64,000 nucleotides of DNA, taken from NCBI GenBank assembly GCA_016748015.1, contig JAAOMT010000200.1:122984-186983 (forward strand), given 5' to 3'. Of the stretch, positions 1 through 10,934 are shown in pieces. How positions within the stretch are numbered: the first letter of the stretch is position 1; each line of letters starts with the position of its first letter. Both the position numbers and the translations under genes were made by a program. Source of the DNA: Geosiphon pyriformis uo1. Its lineage: Eukaryota; Fungi; Glomeromycota. Below the pieces are notes generated by a model, which searched no databases, was not told the origin of the DNA, and saw only the letters and a list, made by a program, of their open reading frames with translations.

Positions 1-1033
1 GTTCTTTTTGTTAAGTTTGGGAGTGTTCAATATGGGTGGCTGCTGTTTGTCGTTTTTTTTTCAACGTGCTGATAAGCATGTAGGCTCTTCGTTAAAGCAT
101 TTCCTGGAAATTGTTTTCATTGATTGGTTGTGCTGAGTATGTTTCTACTGTGAAACTAATTGGTAACGTTGCTGTCCTTCTATAAGTTAAATCAAATGGT
201 GTGTGTTTTGTGGTATCTTGATTTAGTGTTCTGTATGCTAGTAACACTAATGAAATAAAGATATCCCATTCTTGCTCAAAATCAGTTGAGACTTTGGTTA
301 ATGACTCACACAATGTTCTGTTAAAACGTCCCACAAGTCTATTTGTTTGTAGATGGTAAGACAAAGACAGAGGTCTTTTGACATTGAATTGTTCGCAAAT
401 TTCTTGTATCAGATTGTTCACAAAATGTGTCCCCTGATCAGATAAAAGTTCAATTGGACATCTATGTCTACAAATGATGTCTTTGTAGATGAAATTTGTT
501 ACTGATTTTGCATCTGCTCATTGAATGGCTCTGGCTTCGGGCCATTTAGTAAGATAGTCTACTGCTACTGCAATATAATAGTTTTCTTGAGTGGTGATAG
601 ATAGTGGTCTGACTAAATCGATACCAACTCAGTCAAAGGGTTGTCCAACTTTGATTGGATTTAATGGTTCAGTAGGGCGTGTTTCTCTTTTTTTTTGACA
701 ACTATCACAAGATTTGACATATTTGTGAATGTTTTTTCTCATTCGAGGCCAAAAGTAGTATTCTAGTGTTCTTTGGGTGGTGCTTTCTTTTCCAAAATGT
801 GCTGATGAAGAATCTAAGTGCATGTTGTATAATATAGTCTCTTTTTTCTGTTTTTGTATTAATCTGAGTGGCTTGTCTGGGTTTTTGAAATTTCGATGAT
901 AAATAATGTTGTTGTGTAGAAAATATTGTTTGGCTTGTTGTTGTAGTCAATGTTTTTCATCTGGAGACCAATCTGTTAGGATTGTTAATGTTTCCAAATA
1001 TTGTTTGAGATTGTTGTAGTTTTCCGAATTCAT
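1..1033 (-). pseudogene. Integrase of family A, separate ORF with its own ATG at 1033
   Basis: Starts MNSENYNNLKQYL. HHCC (H..AHFG..CDSC) and core motifs (GIDLV, SDQG, RFNRTL). Same frame as ORF-track 629..823 and 92..421; premature stops. Confidence 0.9.
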
Positions 1034-1085
1034 TGTTTGTTGACTGTTTTTGGTTGGTTAAGTTGAGTATTGGTTTTTGTGTTTT

Positions 1086-2500
1086 CTAATCTTGTCTCAT
1101 TCTGGAGAGACAGTCAACATTGGTGTGGAGTTTTCTTGGTTTGTGATGTACTATGTATTGATAGTTTGCTAGAAATCCTGTCCATTGGGTTTGTTTTGTG
1201 TTCAGCTGAGTATTTTTGTTCTGAAGTTATTTGAGTCCAATATTATCAGTGATAATATCAAATTTCTTTGGCCAGAGATAAAAGTTGAAATAATGTAGGG
1301 CCCAAATTACAGCTGCTGTTTCCAATTCAGTGGCAGAATAATTTTTTTCAGCTGGTTTTAATGTTCTGCTAGCATAGGCGATTACTCACTCATTTTTATT
1401 GTCATCCAATTATGATAAGATAGCACCAAAGGCAGTATAAGAGGCATCTGTCGCTAATTGGAATTGGTTGCTGAAATCTGGGTAGGTGAGAATTGGAGCT
1501 GTCGTTAGTTTTTCTTTGAGGATTTCAAATGCATTTTGGCATTCAGTAGTCCATTTATATTTGACGTTTTTGGTGGTAAGCTAGTTAAGAGGTTTTGTGA
1601 TTTCTGAGAATTCTTTGATAAACTTCTGATAGTAGGAGGCTAACTCTATGAATCCTCTTAGTTCTGTAGTGTTTCAAGAAGTTTTGAAGTTTTTGACAGC
1701 ACTGATTTTTCCAGGGTCTGGTTTGATTCTATCTTTACTAACAATATGACCAAGGAAGGCCAAGCTTGTTTTTCTAAAGAAGCATTTTTTGATGTTGAGT
1801 TTTAGTCCTGTTTTTCATAATTATTGAAAAACTTTTCACAGGTGTTTTAAGTGTAATTTGAATGATAGAGAATAAACATCAGTATCATCAAGATAAATAA
1901 CTACTGACTTCCAAAGGAGTCTTTGGTACACAACATCTATTAATCTCTGAAATGTTGCTGGTGTATTGCATAATCCTAAAGGCATTACATTGAACTTGTA
2001 ATTTCCACCTTGGGTGGTAAATGCTGTTTTGGGGCAATCTTTGAGATCCATAGCAATTTGCCAGTAACCACTTTCTAAATTTAGTGTTGAAAAGTATTTG
2101 GATTTTCCAAGGGCATCTAACATGTCATCAATTTGGGGAAGGGGGTAGGCATCTCCAATTGTAATACTGTTGAGTTGTCGATAGTCAACACAAAATTGTA
2201 TTTTTCCATTTTTCTTTTTAACTAGCATTACAGGTAAAGCCCAAGAACTTATGGAGGGTTGGATGAGCCTGTTGTTAAGCATTCATTGTACTTTTTCTTG
2301 GATGAATTGGTGGCTTTCTGGAACAACTCGGTAGGCTTGTTGTCATCTTGGTTTGGCATCTCCTGTGTAGATTTGATGTTGAACCAAATCAGTTCTTTCT
2401 AAGTCATTGTTATTTTCGGCAAAAATATCTGTAAATTTTGCAATTAGTTCTTTGAGCTGGTTTTGTTGTTGTGATTCAAGTTGTCCCATGTTGATTTGAG
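1086..2500 (-). pseudogene. Reverse transcriptase + RNase H of family A
   Basis: ORF 1836..2282 has SSWALP, FCVDYRQLN, TAFTT, YLDD. RNase H motifs (ATDAS, ELETAAV, HTNVDCLSR) end at TAG 1088-1086. Confidence 0.93.
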
Positions 2501-2924
2501 ATAATTTTTCCATAACAACATGGTAGTTTTCAGAGCTGGGGTTTGGGTTGATTTTTGGTAGTGAATGTCTAATAATTTCAGAGAAATCAAAGACTGTTTG
2601 GGGTAATTCTTGTTGAAATATATTACTGTAAATAACTCCAATTTCTAAATTATTTAATAAAACTATGGGGTAATTGTTGGAATTGTAAAAAGTAACTCAG
2701 ACTTTCTTTGTTCCTTCTGAAATATAAATATTTGGGATTAAAATTTTATGTTCCAAGCAGACTTGTTTATTGGACTCAAAAATTTGTTGTGTGGTTATTG
2801 GCTTTAGACAGATGTAGATTTCTGGATATTCTTCAAAGGGTGAGATGGTAATTGGTTGTAAAAGTCTGAGAATCTGGTGAGATTCATTCTGTGTGTTAAG
2901 AGCTATATTAATTGGAACTGTGAA

Positions 2925-3360
2925 TCATTCAGTTGAACCAAAACCTTGGGTTCTTCTATCGCTTTTTCCTAATTGTTCTTTTTGATTGACTAGTTGCAAA
3001 CCTGAAATGTTGATTAGGGGTAGGTAAATAGCTTGAACAATTTTTTCAACATGTTCGATCTTAAATAGTTTGTCAGTTTCATTTTGAAGCATCACTGTAA
3101 TGTCTCCAGTATATCCAGCATCGATTATTCCTCCTCTGACATTGATTTTTTTGCTTGCCAGAGAAGACCGGGAGGCGATTTGAACCATTGCTCCTGGTGG
3201 AATTTCGAGTGCAATTTTGAGGTTGATTTTTGTGAGAGATTTGGGTTTGAGAACAAGAGTATCCTTGTCTGGATATCTTAGGTCATACCCAGCATCAATT
3301 TTGTGTGCTTTTTTGGGTTTTATTTCTTGTCTATTGTTGTTGAAGTATTTGAATTGTAAG
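2925..3360 (-). pseudogene. dUTPase domain within pol
   Basis: All five trimeric dUTPase motifs in order: AGYDL, IASRSSLA, GIIDAGYTGDI, KIVQAI, RRTQGFGST. In frame with PR and RT. Confidence 0.93.
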
Positions 3361-4299
3361 GCAGGCTGATTTTTGATAAGGTAGATAGGTGTTGTTTCAA
3401 TTTTTTTCATTGCTTCAGGTTCTTTAAATTCAATTTTGTTCTCATCACTTTTGCTGGGCAAGGGGATGCTAAGAGTGTAGCATTCAAGACACCATTGTTC
3501 ATTACAAGGCATAATGCATTTTTCACATAGCCTAATGTTCATTTGCTCTAATCATTGAATTTGAGCTTCTTGGGTTGAGTAGGTGTGACTTGCAATTTGG
3601 TGGTAAACTTCTACTTTATCTTCATAATCAAATCCAGTTAATTCTATGGTGTATTCAATGTATTCTGCTTCCTTTATTTGATGGACATCTTCTTTGGTAG
3701 CTCTATTAATTAATGTCATTGCTAGGTCAAAAATCATCTCGGCATCATAGGGGTAGTGATAAAGTTTGTTGAGAGCATTGTTGTATACCGCATTAAAGGG
3801 TGTTCCTCTTTTTACTTTTTCTGAAATTGATAAAGCATATTGGCAGGTCTGATTGCAGACTCTTTCTCTTATTGCTATATCAATCCAATTGTATTCTTCC
3901 AGTAGCATATCTCCACAAGTCAAACAAGGGGTGTTGTCCCATTTTTTGCTTCTTTTTATTAGATGGCCCCATCATTCTCTGTGACAAGCCTTGCAGTAAT
4001 AACAAGTATGATTTTCATATTCTTTTTCAGGTGAAATGCAGGCTCCTATTGATGAGAGTTTTTTGTGGCAATCTTTGCATTTGAGTGGAATGTAAGGGCA
4101 TTGTTTTCGTGGTTCTGGTTTTAAATAGAGGACATTTCATTTGGTTGTCACTGGTTCTTTTGTTTTAAGAGAATCATTCATTGAAAAGTACTGTTGTTCA
4201 GTTTTATCAGCCCAATTGGAGGTTGATCCAAGTGCCATAAATGTTTCAATGATGGGTTTTTCCTCTTCCGGTTCGAATTCAAAAGCCGGGACTTTCTCA

Positions 4300-4682
4300 G
4301 AGCATTTGTTGAATGTACCACAAGTAGCAGGTACTTGGGTATGTTGTCCTTGATAGGAGAGTTGTAATTCTTGGGTTTCCCAGTCTAATTTTGCATTGGC
4401 TTTTTGAAGCCAATTATTTCCGACAAGAGCTTGATACTGGGGCATATCCATTACAAGAACTTTGACTGGAATGGTGATTCCATCAAGAGTGAATAGAAAA
4501 TTGTCAATTTCTCTTACTGAGGTCTTTTTCATGCCATCAGCAGTAATGATTACTGTTTGAGCTGGTTGGTCAACATTTCTCTTCAACTGTTGCATTAACT
4601 GGTAGGTGATAATGCTTCCAGCGGATCCACTGTTTAGGATCAAGCAAATTGTCTTTCCTTTGACTTCTGCTTCAGTGTACAT
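4300..4682 (-). pseudogene. Retropepsin-type aspartic protease of family A (catalytic D read as N)
   Basis: ICLILNSGSAGSII and YQALVGNNWL motifs; D>N is consistent with a G>A change. Confidence 0.85.
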
Positions 4683-4879
4683 AGCCGTGATTGCTTTTTG
4701 TTCATTGGTGGCTATATTGTTAAGCAGAAATGGTGACTCATTTGCTTCGAACTCAAAAGAGAATATATCTGAAAGGTTGGCGTTTTCAGCAATTCTGGCT
4801 GGTGAGATTGTGGTGAGAGTATAGGAAAGATTTTGTTGTTGTGTGCAGCTCTACCTTCCGAGGGTGCAGTAGGGTGAAA

Positions 4880-6715
4880 ATTTTGTTCTTCTGGCATTGT
4901 TAAATAACTGGGTTGAATGTGATAGTGGTTGGATCTTGGTTGAGTGGAATTTTGGGGAACCAATTGGTTGTTCAAACTGATTCTATTGTTGTTTATTTGG
5001 TATCGGTTTTGTGATGTGAATTGATTTTGTGTAATCAGTCTTCGAGCAAGTACTTGATAATATTGTGTGGGTGGTTGTTGGTATTGCTGTTGGATTGGCT
5101 GTGGGATGGGCTGATAATAGTTATTTTGGTATTGGGATCTTGGTAGATAGTAAGCTGGTGGTGATAGTTAATAATAAGATTGCTATGGTGGAGGGTAATG
5201 TTGATTACTCCTATTTTGTTGGTTTTATTGTAGCTTTTTGCAATCTCTTTTCCAGTGGCCAAAGATTTCACAGTAATGGCAATTCTGAGACTGGTTATTA
5301 GAAAGTAGTGCAAAGTTATTTTGATTTCGTCTTTGAAGTGGTTGATATCTTTGGGGTTGCTGTTGTTGTTGATTGGTGAAATAGTTTTCAACCTTCTTTG
5401 TGAGTTGGTCAATTTTTTCCTCAACTGCTGAGCTGGTTTTTCCAATTGCCAAATTTACAAGTTTTGTGCGATTGGTCTTTTCCATGGTCATTTCATATCT
5501 TTTTGCATGCTGTATGGCAGAGTTTAAATCTTCTGGCACATGTGGACGAATCTTTTTAATTAGTTTATTTTTTAGACTAGTGATAAATTAATCCAAGATT
5601 TGAGCATCGGAATAATAATTGTTTGTTTTGAGTTGGCAAATTCATCTAAGAAGTTTGTTAAATTTCCTAATATAAGTTATAACAGATTCGGAGGATTCTT
5701 GTTTGATATTGTGAAACCAATTTTGAAGGGTGATGGAGGTATTATTGTCAGTGAACTGTTCAAGGAAGACTGCTTTGAAAGCGTCTCAATCATTGAATGA
5801 AGCAGCCAAGTTTTCAAACCATTCTCCTGCTGTTCCTTTGAGAAAGTAAGAAATTGTTCTTAATATTCTGACAGCATTCCATCTATTTGCATCTCCAGCT
5901 TTAGTAACTTGGTTGAGCCATTCTTGGGGACTGGTTTCAATGTCTTTTCCATTAAATTCAGGAATTTTTGCAATGTATGCTGTCATTTCGTCTTCTTTGT
6001 TTTTACTGTCTATTGATTCTTCTTCAGTTATTTCAGAGTTGTTTTCTTCATTCGCTGCTGTCTCAGAGTGTTTACTTTGATTTTCAGCTAGAAAATCAAG
6101 AAGATTGGAACTAGTTTAAAGGAGTTCTTGCTGTCTGGTGGGACTTCTGAGTGATGTAAAATTTTCTGGTCTTGCAAATTAATTTAAGAGTGAATTAGGT
6201 GTTTGTGCTTGTGCAAGTGAAGCTGGAAAAGATGTGATGGTGAGTAAGAGTTTTGAACTGGTTTCTTGTTCAGGTGTTTGTAAGTGTTTGGCAGTTGTTT
6301 TTGGTAGTATTGAAGTATTTGGGGTGGTTATTGAGTATTGTTTCAACTTGTGTTTGCCTTTGTTGCTTGTTTTTGTCTCCAATTCAAAATTAATAGAGTA
6401 TTGAGACTGCACTGAATATGTTTCTTCACAGTACTTGATAATGTTAAAATTAAGTTCTTGAAAGTAAGTGGCAAGTGTTTCACTGTTAAGGTCTTCAGTT
6501 CCCAACTGTGAATAATGTGCTAAATTATTGTAAAGATTGCTTCTAACTTCTGAGATATTGTAATTTCCAAAAAGATAATTGTTGATGTGGTTTTTAATGT
6601 ATTGGTATACTGATTTCTTGACAACTTCAATTCCGTCTGAAATGTTGAATCTTTGCTTGCAGTGGGTGTAAATTGACTGGTAGTACTCTAGAGTTGTTGC
6701 GTCTGGTGTGATCAC
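4880..6715 (-). pseudogene. gag of family A with long N-terminal extension
   Basis: ORFs 6179..6715, 5786..5986, 5225..5539 and 4712..4975 share one frame. Capsid-like IPEFNG..PQEWL..FLKGTAGEWF and a CCHC knuckle. Confidence 0.85.
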
Positions 6716-6745
6716 TACTTTGAATTTGTTTTTGCTGTGTTGTTT

Positions 6746-6761
6746 CCGTGGGAGAGCACCA
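6746..6761 (-). promoter_or_regulatory. Primer-binding site TGGTGCTCTCCCACGG (tRNA not identified)
   Basis: Begins with TGG 2 nt after the LTR-terminal CA; complementary to a tRNA-like ...GAGAGCA-CCA end. Confidence 0.75.
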
Positions 6762-6763
6762 AA

Positions 6764-7747
6764 TGTTACCAGAGGTTTTTGGTCTCTTTTTTTAAATGTT
6801 ATTGATGCCTGTTTGCTGTGAATTCATGTTTTTTGGAAGCAGTTAAATCTTCAATAACTGAATTTATCTTCAAATTATCTCCTATAATTTGAACTTGCTG
6901 GGCTTATAAGTAAAATGGCCAATTCTGTGCCAGTTATTTTATGTAGTTATATTGTAGTAAACATCAACTCTTTCCCAAGAATTGCTCATCTGGAAGCTCA
7001 CAAAATATGTGTAGTTACTTTGCTGTGAAAGTCAACTCTTCTACAGAAATCTTGTCTGTAAGCTACCCTAATGATTGTAATAAGAAAAGAAAAAAAAAAT
7101 AAAAGAAATGTAAAAAAGAATAGAATTTTATCAAAAAAAACGTTTTTCTATCCAGGCCTGGAGTCACTAACAGTTTATTGAAATTGGTAGCTAATCAATT
7201 TCAAACTGTTTAGTAGGAATTGATTAATTTCAAAAGGGAAATAATTAAGAATTTGATTTTTCAAATTATTTGATATTTATTTCATTTTTGTGTGTAAAGG
7301 ATAACTCTAAATGTTAAATCTGAAGTAAGATACATTTTCTTGAAGAGAAAAGCTCTTCTTTTATACAACTTGTTGTAACACTATTTTATGAACTCAAACT
7401 TTGCTATTTTCTATAATTTTGCTGAACTAAAGATACATTTTGATGAACTACAAGTTATTTCTGTGAACTATTAGATATTTTGGCGAACTATCAATTATTT
7501 TGGCAAATTTCTTACAAATTTTAGCGAACTTTTTGAATGTTATATAGTTCAGGGTATTGCATGATTGATCATCGCAATTAGGTTACATTTGTGTTATATA
7601 CAAATTGGATTATTAATTAAATAATAATTTCGGATATTCTGCTAATGTAATAAGTAATAATTTGAAACAATAATATATGCTAATTAATGATAAGATTTAT
7701 AAGGGTAATTTCATACTAAACAATATCTCTAATTTCGTCTGATAACA
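6764..7747 (-). repeat. 5' LTR of family A (~984 bp)
   Basis: Inverted termini TGTTATCAGA...TCTGGTAACA; full-length homology to 45318..46326 on the opposite strand. Confidence 0.9.
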
Positions 7748-8164
7748 CCAGAAATACTACTACACCAAAAAATGAAAATAATTACTGTTAACCAGTAAAA
7801 AAAAATAAACAACTCTTAATATGAAGAAATAAAAAACAGAATTGAACAAACAATATTGGAAAAAGAACTTATAAATTTAATCCAAAATAAAAATTTTGAC
7901 AGAGCTTAATATCAAAAAAAAGAAATAATATTATTCATAGAAAAAGTACAAAAAAAGAAAGTAGAAAAAACAAATAAAAAAAATAGATTATTAAGAGAAT
8001 AGTACTTAATAAGTAAGCACAATATTAGAAACTATGACATATTACTAGTAAATTATAGTATATTGCTTAGTAATAAGAATATTGTCAGTATATTAAGACA
8101 TATTGCTTAGCAATAAAAACATTATTAAAAAAAATAGGGCATATTACTTAAGAAAATATAAGGT

Positions 8165-8859
8165 CTTGTATAATAAGAATTATATATATAGTAAAAGTAT
8201 TAGAAACAAAAAAAACAGAATTAATACTAACAATTTATTAATTATCCAATACTTTTTTCTTTAAAAAGTAGTTTTTTACAACTTGAATAAAATCAAATCA
8301 TATATTAATAAAATATTAATTATTACCTAAATCCATATTATCATCACTTGATTAAAAAATATTAATAATTTTTATTTTATTAACACTTTATTTTAATAGA
8401 ATTCAATATTTAACCACACTAGACTAATAGCTTTTGATCACAGTTATTAATAAAATATTAATTTCTTTTTTTTTCTTTTTTTTTTTCTTTTTTTTTCTTT
8501 TATTTTGTTTTGTTTCTTTGTTGTTTACTAATTAATTAAAAAGATTAAGTGCTAAGTATTTAATATTAAGAATAATCTAATAAAAAACCCAAGAATAAAA
8601 ATAGAAATTTAAGAATAGCTTACCAGAAGAACACAACTATCAGATTAAACTAACTACTATGCTGAAAAAAAAAATTTACAAAAAGAACTTTCAGGATGAG
8701 TACTGAAACAGCAAAGTGAATCTTTGTCCATTATACAAAAGACTCAACCAAAACCTTTAGATCATAAAAATCTTAAAATTAAATAACATTACTTAATTAT
8801 TGAACACTAAGTTATGGGTTTGTTATTTGTATTAACACCCCAAATAATCAGTTGTAACA
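8165..8859 (+). repeat. Degenerate LTR of 'family B', 3' portion; 5' boundary unresolved
   Basis: Aligns with 35696-35815 plus 42624-43147; ends ...CAGTTGTAACA. Confidence 0.75.
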
Positions 8860-9656
8860 ACATATAACTATTTAATTGGAAAATTTAAGTATATATAATA
8901 ACCAAAACAGCAAAAAAAAGTCAATAATACTTTTAACATAGATCTTTTAAATCAAATTTTAAAACAATTATTCAAACCAATTTAACAATCCACAACTTAA
9001 ATAGAAATTACAATTGATAAAAAAAAAATACAATACAAAGACAAGAACAAAAAAGAGATAGATGAAAATTTAATTAAAATTGAACATTCTTATTTATACA
9101 AACAATCATAGAAAAAAAAAATATGTGTTAAGCAAAGCTTGACAAAATTAAAGAATCTTTAAGTAGGCTAAACTTAAAACCAATAACAAGAAAATGAACA
9201 CCAGAAAACTTCTGAGTATAAAAAAAAAGACTTTTACTAATTTACTGGTTTTATAAGATTAATAAACAAATAGGATTAAAAACACTATACAAAGATTTTA
9301 ACTAACAAATTTTTAACAGAAAAGCTCTTAAACAAATAGAAAAATTCATAGAAAGAAACAACTTAACATTACACTACAAAATAGTATATTGATTATATAC
9401 AACATTCAAATACTGTTCAGCTATACTATTAAACAGCTCCTTAAAAACTATTACAGTCAACAACATAAAATGAATAACAAATACACAATTTAAAGATCTA
9501 CAAAAAACAATACTTGACACAATAATCAAATATTACACAGAAAATACAAATTTTACAAATGTATATAATTTTGCAGAAACTTAATTTTAAAAGAAAGAAA
9601 TAATATTATCCAAGTAGAAAAACCAATCCAAAAACTATAAAAAACGTAATTAAAAA

Positions 9657-10620
9657 TGTGATAACATAAAATAACACAGAATAATGTAAAAAAACATAAA
9701 ATAATACATAATAATTCAAGATAACATAATACAAAATATGATAATATGATATAATAGAAAATAACTAGCCAAAACTTAAGATAATTAGTAATAATATAAA
9801 AGAACAAAGTAATAACAAAAATAGCAAACAATAGTTAACAATAATAAAACAATTAAAAGTAATTTTATAAAACTAAAAAAAATATATAAAAATAAGTAGT
9901 TATAAAAGATAAAAAGACAGATAAACAAGAATTAACTTTTTTCTACTTATATTCAATATATATATCTTAATAAACTCTTATTTATATCTATATTTAAATT
10001 ACTAAAATAAAAAAATATTCAAAGCTGAAATCACTTATATATGATTTCCAAATTTATACATTTAAACTGAATTAATTGTTGTTTTTTACCTTTATTTTTA
10101 ACCAGATGCTTTTAGCATAAAAATGTTTCAGATTATTAATAACTTAAACCAATTGCTTTTGATCATGATAATTAACAATATTAATTTCTTTTTTTTTTCT
10201 TTTTTATTTTTTTTATTTTTTTTTTATTCTCTTATAGAATAGTAACATAAAAAAATTAACTGTTTAAAAATAGATTTTATAATAGTCTGGTAAAAAAAGA
10301 AAGCTTCTTCTAAGATTAAATATTAATATTATTTTGTTAGCTTACCAAAAAGACAAAAAGACATTATTAAACTCTAACAATTGTGTTCAACTAACTTGAA
10401 GAATATAGTTCATATATATAAGTTATAACACTATAAAACCATATTTTTGTGTTTTATAATCAAAGAACTTTATAGATAAATTCATATATATTAAGAAATT
10501 TTTAGAAACTAATAACACTAATACATTACATAAATCTATAAAAAAAACTTTTAAGCTTTTTTTACCCAAATTTAGAGCATCAAATATTATTATTATACCC
10601 TATCAAGTTTACTTGTAACA
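9657..10620 (+). repeat. Highly degenerate LTR-like sequence related to family B
   Basis: TGTGATA...TTGTAACA ends; shares GCTTTTGATCA, ATTAATTTC(T)n and AGCTTACCA blocks with 8165-8859; ~10-bp periodic repeats at 9661-9770. Confidence 0.45.
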
Positions 10621-10934
10621 ATAATCTAAACTTTTTTTGTTTTAATTATAATTATAAAAATAAAGTTTTTATATTAAAATTAATTAATTTAATAAATTAA
10701 TAAATTAAAATTATATGTTAAAACATAACTTATTTTGTTTTTAAAACAGATAAAATTAATTAAAATTTAATATATTAAGTAATTTAATTATGTATTAATT
10801 AACTCTTCTTTGTCCAAAATTTCCAAAAAGAGTCAAAGTTTTTTGAAAAAGAAGTTATTTTCACAATTCAGTATGATAAATTCAAACCCTTTATTCTTGA
10901 CTATGAGGCCACTGTTGGCTGTAGTATTGCTGTT

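Larger units (their letters stand above)
1..7747 (-). mobile_element. Ty3/gypsy LTR retrotransposon 'family A', degenerate, 3' end runs off the window; order 5'LTR-PBS-gag-PR-Cys-rich-dUTPase-RT-RH-IN
   Basis: Collinear minus-strand domains: CCHC knuckle (CHYCEIFGHWKRDC), protease (LILNSGS), dUTPase motifs, RT (FCVDYRQLN, YLDD), RNase H, integrase. LTR with TG..CA ends plus PBS. Confidence 0.95.

Noticed and set aside
4840-4890. A AAT TTT slippery-like heptamer and a frame change between gag and pol in family A
   Set aside because: The -1 frame meets TAG shortly downstream, and a single-base deletion near 4843 explains the shift equally well. Not decidable without other copies.
9553-9831. 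92-aa very hydrophobic ORF resembling a membrane protein
   Set aside because: It is the antisense reading of A-rich ~10-bp repeats; a compositional artefact.
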